A DNA stretch of 64,000 nt from Anaerolineae bacterium (GTDB lineage Bacteria; Chloroflexota; Anaerolineae; B4-G1; SLSP01): NCBI GenBank assembly GCA_049975205.1, contig JBNGDL010000007.1, positions 36,952 through 100,951 of the forward strand, in the 5' to 3' direction. Below are positions 20,269 through 27,717 of the stretch, in pieces. The notes beneath the pieces are model-generated. The model saw only the letters and a list, made by a program, of their open reading frames with translations, searched no databases and was not told the origin of the DNA. Position 1 is the stretch's first letter. Each line of letters starts with the position of its first letter. Both the position numbers and the translations under genes were made by a program.

Positions 20269-21660
20269 ATGAGAGCCTACGAAGCAGACTGGGAGTCCCT
20301 TCTACGCTACACGGTCCCTGACTGGTTCAAGGATGCCAAACTCGGCATCTTCATCCACTGGGGCGTCTACGCGGTGCCAGCATACCAGAATGAGTGGTAT
20401 CCCCGCAATATGTACATCGAGAGCAGCCCCGAATACATCCACCATCGTGAAACGTGGGGCCCGCAGGACGCGTTTGGCTATAAGGACTTTATTCCGATGT
20501 TCAAGGCCGAGAGTTGGGACCCACAGGCCTGGGTGGACCTGTTTCAGGCTGCGGGTGCTAAGTATGTGGTGCCGGTGGCAGAGCACCACGACGGATTTCC
20601 GATGTATGATAGCGCCTTCACGAACTACAACGCGGCTAGGATGGGGCCCTGTCGCGATATCGTTACCGAGTTGGCGGGCGCGGTGCGTCAAGCCGGTCTG
20701 AAGTTCGGGGTCTCCTCGCATCGTGCCTTCAATGCACGCTACTACACGTTCTCCGAGGCGTTCGACACAAACAACCCCGATCATCACAAGCTCTATGGGA
20801 TTCCGCGGAAGGCCGAGGAGCCGGTGAGCTATCCGTTCATTCTGGACTGGTACGCGCGGACCCGGGAGCTGGTGGACAGGTTCTCACCGGACGTCCTTTG
20901 GTTCGACTTCGGTTGGCACCGCGATGAGTTCGAGCCATGGCGTCCGCGAGTCGTGGCCTATTACTATAACCACGCCCTCGCGCACGGATATGAGCCGGTG
21001 CTGCAGTACAAGGACAAGATACCTGCCGGTGTCGCAGTTCTGGATATCGAGCGCGGGAAGCTTGACTCAATCCGCGAGGATACCTGGCAGACCGACACCT
21101 CGGTCAGTTATAGGTCGTGGTGCTATATCAAGGAGGACGTGTTCAAGAGCGCGACCGTCGTGATCCACGACTTGGTGGACATCGTCAGCAAGAACGGCAA
21201 TCTCTTGCTCAACGTCGGTCCCAAGCCGGACGGTACGTTCCCTCAGGAGGTCGAGGATCTCCTGCAGCGTGTTGGGGCTTGGCTGAGGATCAACGGCGAG
21301 GCGATCTATGGGACCCGACCCTGGATCACATTCGGCGAAGGGCCTACCGGCGTGCCTGAGGCGTTCCGAGAAGACGACCAGGAGCCATTCTCGGCCCAAG
21401 ACGTGCGCTACACACGGAAGGGCGACATGCTCTTTGCGATCCTGATGGGCTGGCCTGGTCAGAAGATTACGCTGAAATCTCTGCAACAGGCGGACGCGTT
21501 AGGACAGCGTGGGATAGCCAAGATCACGATGCTGGGTGCCGACGGCGAGCTTCCTTGGGCCTGGGATGGGGGCGGCCTGACGGTCAAGTTGCCGGAAGTG
21601 CCGCCTTGTGAGCACGCCTACGTGCTGAAGATCGTGCCGAGACAGACGGGGGATTTATGA
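20269..21660 (+). CDS. alpha-L-fucosidase, GH29
   Basis: 463 aa. DWFKDAKLGIFIHWGVYAVPAY and YVVPVAEHHDGFPMYDS are hallmark GH29 blocks. No signal peptide. Confidence 0.85.
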   Translation: MRAYEADWESLLRYTVPDWFKDAKLGIFIHWGVYAVPAYQNEWYPRNMYIESSPEYIHHRETWGPQDAFGYKDFIPMFKAESWDPQAWVDLFQAAGAKYVVPVAEHHDGFPMYDSAFTNYNAARMGPCRDIVTELAGAVRQAGLKFGVSSHRAFNARYYTFSEAFDTNNPDHHKLYGIPRKAEEPVSYPFILDWYARTRELVDRFSPDVLWFDFGWHRDEFEPWRPRVVAYYYNHALAHGYEPVLQYKDKIPAGVAVLDIERGKLDSIREDTWQTDTSVSYRSWCYIKEDVFKSATVVIHDLVDIVSKNGNLLLNVGPKPDGTFPQEVEDLLQRVGAWLRINGEAIYGTRPWITFGEGPTGVPEAFREDDQEPFSAQDVRYTRKGDMLFAILMGWPGQKITLKSLQQADALGQRGIAKITMLGADGELPWAWDGGGLTVKLPEVPPCEHAYVLKIVPRQTGDL

Positions 21661-22478
21661 AACGTGTAGCCGTAGCGGGGAGCTTCGACGATCTACGATC
21701 CTCGCATGTCCGCTTCCTCCACGAAGCGTCGCGCCATGGAGAGCTCTGGGTCTGGCTATGGTCGGACGCTGTCGCTGCGGCGGTCGATGGGAGGCCTCCG
21801 AAGTTCCCAGAGCCTGAGCGACGGTACATGCTCGAAGCTATCCGCTATGTTGATCGGCTCGTGCCGGTCGTTCAGCAGGCCGACCCCGATGCCTTGCCAC
21901 AGGTAGACACCTGGGAGCCTGATATATGGATGGTACCTCACGCTGAGGATAGCGTCGCGAAGCGAGCCTTCTGTGCCAGTGCGGGGATTGAGTATGTCGT
22001 TGTTCCAGACGACCGGCTGGTGGGCTTCCCTGTGCCCGCTGTCAAGCGGTGGGAGCGGCCTACACCGCGGAAAAAGGTGATCGTGACGGGCTGTTATGAC
22101 TGGCTTCACTCTGGTCATGTTCGGTTCTTCGAGGAGGCGGCGGAGCTAGGTGACGTATACGTCGCCGTTGGTAACGATGAGAGCGTCCGCCATCTGAAAG
22201 AGGAAGGACATCCGCTGCTCGGAGAAGCTGAGCGCCTCTACATGGTGCAGTCCATCCGCTATGTCACCCAGGCAGTCCTCACTAAAGGGATTGGCTGGAT
22301 GGATGCAGCGCCGAATGTCGCCGAGATCCGCCCGGATATCTATGTCGTCAATGAGGACGGCGACAAGCCGGAAAAGCGCGCCTTCTGTGCCGAACGCGGC
22401 CTCGAGTACGTCGTGCTGAAGCGGAAACCCAAGGAAGGGCTGTCCCCCAGGTCGAGCACCCGGTTGCGGGGCTTCTGA
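21657..22478 (+). CDS. Tandem cytidylyltransferase-like (CTP_transf_like) two-domain nucleotidyltransferase
   Basis: 273 aa. Domain 1 reads VAVAGSFDDLRSSHVRFLHEA (HxGH degenerated to RSSH). Domain 2 reads VIVTGCYDWLHSGHVRFFEEAAELG (intact HSGH). ATGA overlap with the fucosidase stop. Confidence 0.7.
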   Translation: MKRVAVAGSFDDLRSSHVRFLHEASRHGELWVWLWSDAVAAAVDGRPPKFPEPERRYMLEAIRYVDRLVPVVQQADPDALPQVDTWEPDIWMVPHAEDSVAKRAFCASAGIEYVVVPDDRLVGFPVPAVKRWERPTPRKKVIVTGCYDWLHSGHVRFFEEAAELGDVYVAVGNDESVRHLKEEGHPLLGEAERLYMVQSIRYVTQAVLTKGIGWMDAAPNVAEIRPDIYVVNEDGDKPEKRAFCAERGLEYVVLKRKPKEGLSPRSSTRLRGF

Positions 22479-22491
22479 AGTCGTATATCAT
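22464..22491 (+). promoter_or_regulatory. Candidate promoter at the head of the STK/FHA/PP2C cluster
   Basis: TTGCGG (22464-22469), 16 bp, TATCAT (22486-22491). Overlaps the 3' end of the upstream gene. Weak -35. Confidence 0.25.
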
Positions 22492-22644
22492 AGGGTACCG
22501 TCTTCCCGGAGTTCCTTCGCCCCGACGACCCGCGGCTCACGTCGGCTCCGCTGTGACACTCAGGGAGATCGGTGATCGCGTGGCCGAAACAGGGTGCTCA
22601 GAGGCACATCAAGGCACCGCAACTCGAAAGCAAGGTGCGAGATC

Positions 22645-24243
22645 GTGGCGACGGAACGACCTGCGTCTCGTCTGCATCCGCTGTCTGCCGGCACCCTCCA
22701 TGAGCATTATCAGATACTGGAGGGATGGGAGCTGGCGGAATCGGCCTACTATGATGCGGTAGACCTCATCTGCACGCAATCTGAGTGCGGAACGCGTCAT
22801 GGCTCCGTACCAGGAGATGGGCTTTGCCTTCGCTGCCGGACACCCCTTGAGACGGTGCTGATCCACGAACGGGGTCCTATTCCGGGAGATCCGCTTTCCG
22901 CTGAGAAAATCGACCTGCTGTTGCGGCTGGGACAGGCGGGCCACCCGCATGTGCTTACCCAACGTGAAATTCTCTCGTCGCCGCGAGCTACTTGGGCTGT
23001 TGGGGTGCACCCGGGTCACTGGGGTGTCCTGGTTCGCGGGCGTCGTCCCCGGAGCTCGGAGGACGCTGTGGGCATCGTGGCCCAGGTGGCTAAGGCCATG
23101 ACCTATTTGCACCAGCAAGGCCTGGCCTTGGCGGGGCCAGAGCCCTCAGATTGGGAGGCGACGGTAGAGAAGGTGATCACGCTTGGGGGCGCGGGTGCTG
23201 TGAAGCTGGCTGACCTGAGTGGATGCACCGTGCTGCGCGGGGCGTCGCGATCACAGCAGATCGCCGGTGACGTAGCTTTCCTGGGCCGCCTGTTGTTGTA
23301 CCTGACATCAGATGTGGAAGGCATACCCTCACATCCCTCGCTGGCAGCCCCTGCGCTGTGCCCCTACGTCGCGCAGGCTCTGCAGGGGGCGTATGCTACC
23401 CCAATGGCCCTTTTGAACGATCTCACCTCGACGCCGGCACCGGCTTTGACGGCGCGACCGCTGACCCCGAACCACGGTCAGGCCTCAGATCCGGGCCGGA
23501 AGCACAGCCACAACGAGGATGCTGTCGTCACCTTTACCTACAACAAGGAGCTTCAGGGGCGCTCCGTGCCCATCGGCTTCTACTTGGTGGCGGACGGCAT
23601 GGGAGGCCATGCGGCCGGCGACGTTGCGAGCCGGACGGTCAACGAGATTGTGACAGAGTGGGTCCTGAGGACGAAGGTCTTGCCAGACCTTGCGGGCAGG
23701 ACACGCCTGCTGGGCAGCGACGGTCCGGCGGAGGAGCTGCTGACACAAGCGGTCAAGGCCGCAAACGCGGCCCTGGTTCGACAGGCCAAGGCTTCAGGGA
23801 GCGATCTGGGATCGACGGTGACCGCCGCGTTGATCCTCGGCAACTGCGCTACGATCGTGAATGTGGGTGACAGCCGCACCTACCTACTGCGCGATGGGGT
23901 TCTGAAGCAGATTACCGAGGACCATTCTCTCGTTGCCAGGCTGGTCGATGCGCAGATCATAGAGCCCGATCAAGTGCGCAGCCATCCCCAGCGCAACCAG
24001 ATCTATCGAAGCCTAGGCCATCACGAGGAAGTCGCGGTTGACACCTTCGACCTTGTCCTCCGGCGCCACGATCGCCTGATTCTCTGTTCTGACGGATTGT
24101 GGGAGATGGTCCCGGACGCGCGGATTCAGCAGATCGTTGAGGAGTCCCGAAGCCCACAGCAGGCCTGCTATGCCCTCGTCGCGACAGCCAATGAGGCCGG
24201 TGGCGATGACAACATCTCGGTGGTTATTGTGGCTATGGAGTAG
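22645..24243 (+). CDS. Zinc-ribbon pseudokinase fused to PP2C-family Ser/Thr phosphatase
   Basis: ORF opens at 22594 (GTG). The GTG at 22645 has AAGGTG 7 nt upstream. The N-terminal kinase-like fold lacks a G-loop and has a CxxxC...CxxC insert (CTQSEC...CLRC). The catalytic loop is replaced by LALAGPEPSDW. The C-terminal PP2C is intact: GRKHSHNEDAVV, ADGMGGHAAGDVAS, VGDSRTYLL, CSDGLWEMV, GGDDNISVVIV. Confidence 0.75.
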   Translation: MATERPASRLHPLSAGTLHEHYQILEGWELAESAYYDAVDLICTQSECGTRHGSVPGDGLCLRCRTPLETVLIHERGPIPGDPLSAEKIDLLLRLGQAGHPHVLTQREILSSPRATWAVGVHPGHWGVLVRGRRPRSSEDAVGIVAQVAKAMTYLHQQGLALAGPEPSDWEATVEKVITLGGAGAVKLADLSGCTVLRGASRSQQIAGDVAFLGRLLLYLTSDVEGIPSHPSLAAPALCPYVAQALQGAYATPMALLNDLTSTPAPALTARPLTPNHGQASDPGRKHSHNEDAVVTFTYNKELQGRSVPIGFYLVADGMGGHAAGDVASRTVNEIVTEWVLRTKVLPDLAGRTRLLGSDGPAEELLTQAVKAANAALVRQAKASGSDLGSTVTAALILGNCATIVNVGDSRTYLLRDGVLKQITEDHSLVARLVDAQIIEPDQVRSHPQRNQIYRSLGHHEEVAVDTFDLVLRRHDRLILCSDGLWEMVPDARIQQIVEESRSPQQACYALVATANEAGGDDNISVVIVAME

Positions 24244-24330
24244 GGGCGGAGGTTGCGCACCGCGGCGTAAGGCGATGCGGCGCCCATGGAAGATCGTGAC
24301 CAGGTAGTCTAGGGGGAGGAGGGGCGGCCC

Positions 24331-26208
24331 ATGCTGCAACCTAATACGCAACTTCAAAACCGGTATCTCATCCGCCGTCGCATTGGGGGAGGCGGGATGG
24401 GGACTGTGTACATCGCCGAAGACATGCGGCTACAGGGACGTCAGTGTGCCGTGAAGGAGATGTCACCTAGCGCCCTTGCGCCACAGGATCGAGAGTGGTC
24501 CATCGAGGCCTTCCGGCAGGAGGCTCAGATGCTCGCCCAGCTTCGCCATCCCGGCTTGACCGCCGTGACCGACTTCTTTGGGGAGGGTGGCAACTGGTAC
24601 CTCGTCATGGATTACGTCGAGGGCAAGACGCTGGCCACGAAGCTCTCGGAGGCACCAGAGGGGCGTTTCCCGGTCCAGGAGGCTCTGCGCATCGTTCGAC
24701 AGCTCTGTGACGTCCTCGAGTATCTTCACAACCAGCCATCACAGGTCATATTCCGCGATCTGAAGCCTGGGAATGTCATGGTCACCGCTGAGGGCCAGGT
24801 GAAGCTGATCGACTTCGGCATCGCGCGCTTCTTTAAGCCGGGCAAACAAGCCGACACCGCGCTACTCGGAACGCCGGGATATGCTGCGCCGGAGCAATAT
24901 GGTGGTCTGGGTCAGAGTGGGCCACAGACGGATATCTACAGCCTCGGCGTGCTCCTGTGTCACATGGTGACAGGCTTTGATCCCGTCAGTGCCATGAGTC
25001 CGTTCCCTATCCCTGACCCGACCTCGTTGATGCCGGGTATACCCCCGCGCATTGCCGCCACTATCGTTCGAGCGACCCAGTTGCGCCCGGAGCTCCGGTA
25101 TCGTAGTATCGCCGAGATGCGCGACGACCTCTTCCCACCCTCGTTCGTTCCCTATAAACCGCCTACGGAACGCCAGAGGACGCAGGTCATGCAGCCTTCC
25201 GCGCCGAGTGAGGCCGGTTCTGATCGGAAGCGGTTGCGGATGGCGCTGCTAGCGGGAGGGGCAGGTATCGCGTTGCTCGGCATCTGTGTTGGCCTTGGGG
25301 TGTTCGTCGTCTGGCCTTATCTCAGGCCCGACGCGACGGTCACGCCGACCGTGACGCCGACCCAAGCCGCTGCCACAGCCACATTCGAGGCCACGGCCAC
25401 GGTGGGTGCCACCGCCTCAGAGGAGTCGGTAACGCCAACAGAAACGCCGGCTGAGGTCGACACGGATACACCGCCGCCTCCCGTGGTAAAGGTTGATCAG
25501 GATAGCCTTGGGCTCTCGGTTCAGGGGAGGGCGCTGGCCGTCACCACGATCGGCTACGAGGACGGCGCCGACATTGTCGTGGTCGGGAGCATTCAGGGGG
25601 ATCAAGCTGGCACGCGAGACTTGGTCCAGGCACTGATCGACCACTACCGCTCGAATGAGGGCGACATACCGATGGGTGTAATGTACCACTTCGTGCCTTC
25701 CATCAACCCTGATGGCCTTACCTTGAACTCCCGCTACAACGCGCGCGACGTAGACCTCAACCGCAATTGGGGCTCTAGTGATTGGCTGCGCGACGCCGCC
25801 GTGCCGGGATACCCTGAGGGGAAGCCCGACGCGGGAGGCGCGGCACCCTTCTCGGAGCCCGAGACCCAGGCGCTGAGGGACTATCTGCTCTCTCTAAGGT
25901 CGTCTTCCGATAGGCTGCGCGTGATGATCCTACACTCCTCAGTGCGTCGTGACAAAGGTGAGGTCTATCCGGGCGGAGCCACGGCGCTGGACGCAGCACA
26001 GTCCTACGCCAACGTGACCGGCTATGACGTCGAGTATGCCTGGGCGGAGTATGTGACCTCCGGCGAGGCTGTGACCTGGTGTGAGGAGCAGTCTATCGTG
26101 TCCATTGATGTCGTCATTCCCGGATCGCAGACGCCGAGCACGAAGGTCATTGGAGATCGGACGCTGCTGCAGATCACGCTTGATGCCGTCAGGACCCTCG
26201 GTCAGTAA
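24331..26208 (+). CDS. Ser/Thr protein kinase - TM - extracellular M14 carboxypeptidase-like domain (zinc ligands substituted)
   Basis: 625 aa. Kinase motifs GGGGMGTVYIAED, CAVKEM, FRDLKPGNVMV, IDFGIARFF, GTPGYAAPEQ. One TM (LLAGGAGIALLGICVGLGVFVVW), then a T/P-rich linker. M14 blocks are VVVGSIQGDQAGT (in place of HxxE), SINPDGL, DVDLNRNWG and FSEPETQAL. Confidence 0.8.
   Translation: MLQPNTQLQNRYLIRRRIGGGGMGTVYIAEDMRLQGRQCAVKEMSPSALAPQDREWSIEAFRQEAQMLAQLRHPGLTAVTDFFGEGGNWYLVMDYVEGKTLATKLSEAPEGRFPVQEALRIVRQLCDVLEYLHNQPSQVIFRDLKPGNVMVTAEGQVKLIDFGIARFFKPGKQADTALLGTPGYAAPEQYGGLGQSGPQTDIYSLGVLLCHMVTGFDPVSAMSPFPIPDPTSLMPGIPPRIAATIVRATQLRPELRYRSIAEMRDDLFPPSFVPYKPPTERQRTQVMQPSAPSEAGSDRKRLRMALLAGGAGIALLGICVGLGVFVVWPYLRPDATVTPTVTPTQAAATATFEATATVGATASEESVTPTETPAEVDTDTPPPPVVKVDQDSLGLSVQGRALAVTTIGYEDGADIVVVGSIQGDQAGTRDLVQALIDHYRSNEGDIPMGVMYHFVPSINPDGLTLNSRYNARDVDLNRNWGSSDWLRDAAVPGYPEGKPDAGGAAPFSEPETQALRDYLLSLRSSSDRLRVMILHSSVRRDKGEVYPGGATALDAAQSYANVTGYDVEYAWAEYVTSGEAVTWCEEQSIVSIDVVIPGSQTPSTKVIGDRTLLQITLDAVRTLGQ
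25330..25482 (+). repeat. Low-complexity Thr/Pro/Ala-rich extracellular linker-coding tract (kinase)
   Basis: Encodes DATVTPTVTPTQAAATATFEATATVGATASEESVTPTETPAEVDTDTPPPP, between the TM helix and the M14-like domain. Confidence 0.6.
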
Positions 26209-26219
26209 GGAGCGAGTCT

Positions 26220-27092
26220 ATGCGATGCCCTAACTGCGGCCAAGAGAACCGCGTGGGAGCGAGGTTCTGCGGGCGGTGCGGTCAGCCCCTATCGACTAAG
26301 CCGCCTCTGGAACTCACGGAGGCTGCTTCTCGTTGCCCAGTCTGCAACAGCATCCTCAAACCGGATGCGCGCTTCTGCCCGCAGTGCGGCACCGCTATCT
26401 CCGCTCCTCGAGATGGGGTTCCAGCGCCGACGCCGCCGGCCCACACCGTGAGGGCCGGTGAGAGAGCTCTGCCGACGGTCACGCCCGCACCAGCGATCGT
26501 GAGCCCTCAAGCTGCGCCCGAGGCCAGTCGGGTGGAGGAACAGTCACGAGCTCGCGTGCGGCGCCGCCCTGCCTGGCTCGTCGGGGTCGTGATGGCGCTG
26601 CTCTCAGGGGCTGTGTTTTTCTGCCTCGTGATGGGGCTCGCTCTTCTGCCAGCCTTTGGGAGGTCGGTGCCGCCGTCGCCGGAGGTCGATCCCTCGCAAG
26701 CCGATTTGACGATCCTGGTGAGGGAGGCGTACATCAGCGATATGCTCGCCCAGGCGCTGCCGGAGGGGGTACAGGGGGATGCTGTTGTGGATGTGCAGCC
26801 CGGAAACAAGCTCGTCACGACGATCGGCTTCGATCTCCTGTTCATCGACCTTGAGGTGATTGTCCACGCCGGGATCGGGGTTGAGGGTGGTGAGATCCAG
26901 GTCTGGGTGGACCGCGTGGAGACCGGCGGACACGACATCCTTGAACTGCTCAACGTTAATCAGGTCGATCTCGGGCAGAACATCACAGGCGCGATCCAAC
27001 AGGGACTCGAAGATGAACTGGGCCCAGGTTCGCGGTTGCTGACGATTGTCACAGACGACACCAACGTGATCCTGACGGCGCGATGGGAGTAG
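26220..27092 (+). CDS. Double zinc-ribbon - TM - extracytoplasmic domain protein
   Basis: 290 aa, AAGGAG RBS. MRCPNCGQENRVGARFCGRCG and CPVCNSILKPDARFCPQCG. Pro-rich linker, TM (WLVGVVMALLSGAVFFCLVMGLALL) and an ecto-domain of about 150 aa, possibly DUF2993/LmeA-like (weak). Confidence 0.6.
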   Translation: MRCPNCGQENRVGARFCGRCGQPLSTKPPLELTEAASRCPVCNSILKPDARFCPQCGTAISAPRDGVPAPTPPAHTVRAGERALPTVTPAPAIVSPQAAPEASRVEEQSRARVRRRPAWLVGVVMALLSGAVFFCLVMGLALLPAFGRSVPPSPEVDPSQADLTILVREAYISDMLAQALPEGVQGDAVVDVQPGNKLVTTIGFDLLFIDLEVIVHAGIGVEGGEIQVWVDRVETGGHDILELLNVNQVDLGQNITGAIQQGLEDELGPGSRLLTIVTDDTNVILTARWE

Positions 27093-27098
27093 ACGGCG

Positions 27099-27680
27099 AT
27101 GACGCAGATTAGGGGTGGAGGACTGCTTCGGAATCGGTGGTTTGTGGCGTTGGTTGGGGCGGTCCTGGGGTTCTTCGTCGGCGTCGCCCTGGCGGCTGGT
27201 GTTCTGCTGCTGCTGCATGGCGACCCAGAGTCCTTACCAGGCACGTCGCCCGCAGCGGTCTACGATATTCAGGCCGTGGTTGAGGAGCGCTATATCAACC
27301 GCATCATGGTTCAGAGCGCCAACGAGATGGCGGGCCCAGTTTCCCTCTCGGCGGGCAAGATGGACATTCGACCGGGCGGGGTAGCTGACTTCGTCGTGCG
27401 CATTGATGTTGGTCCGCTTCAGCCAGTCTTCGAGGGTAGGGTAGGGTTTAGGGCCACGGAAGACGGTAGCAGCATCGAGGTAGTGCTGCTGGATGCCCGA
27501 TTCGGGAGGCTGCAGCTGAACCGGCTCGTGCCCGATGGCGTGTTGGACGACATCAACGCAGACATCAAGCGGCTCTTGGTCGACAAGATTGGGTCGCAGG
27601 GTCTCTACGTCCTGGACGTGCAGAGTGATGAGACAACGCTCATTCTCCATCTGGGCAGGGAGCCACAGGCTATCCCTTGA
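27099..27680 (+). CDS. Single-pass membrane protein, ecto-domain distantly paralogous to that of the preceding gene
   Basis: 193 aa. N-terminal TM (WFVALVGAVLGFFVGVALAAGVLLLL). The following domain repeats the pattern of the upstream ecto-domain (EERYINRIM... vs REAYISDML...; C-terminal ...TTLILHLG vs ...TNVILTARW). Confidence 0.5.
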   Translation: MTQIRGGGLLRNRWFVALVGAVLGFFVGVALAAGVLLLLHGDPESLPGTSPAAVYDIQAVVEERYINRIMVQSANEMAGPVSLSAGKMDIRPGGVADFVVRIDVGPLQPVFEGRVGFRATEDGSSIEVVLLDARFGRLQLNRLVPDGVLDDINADIKRLLVDKIGSQGLYVLDVQSDETTLILHLGREPQAIP

Positions 27681-27717
27681 CGGGACAAGGTTTTGACAGG
27701 AATGAGGAACGACCGTC

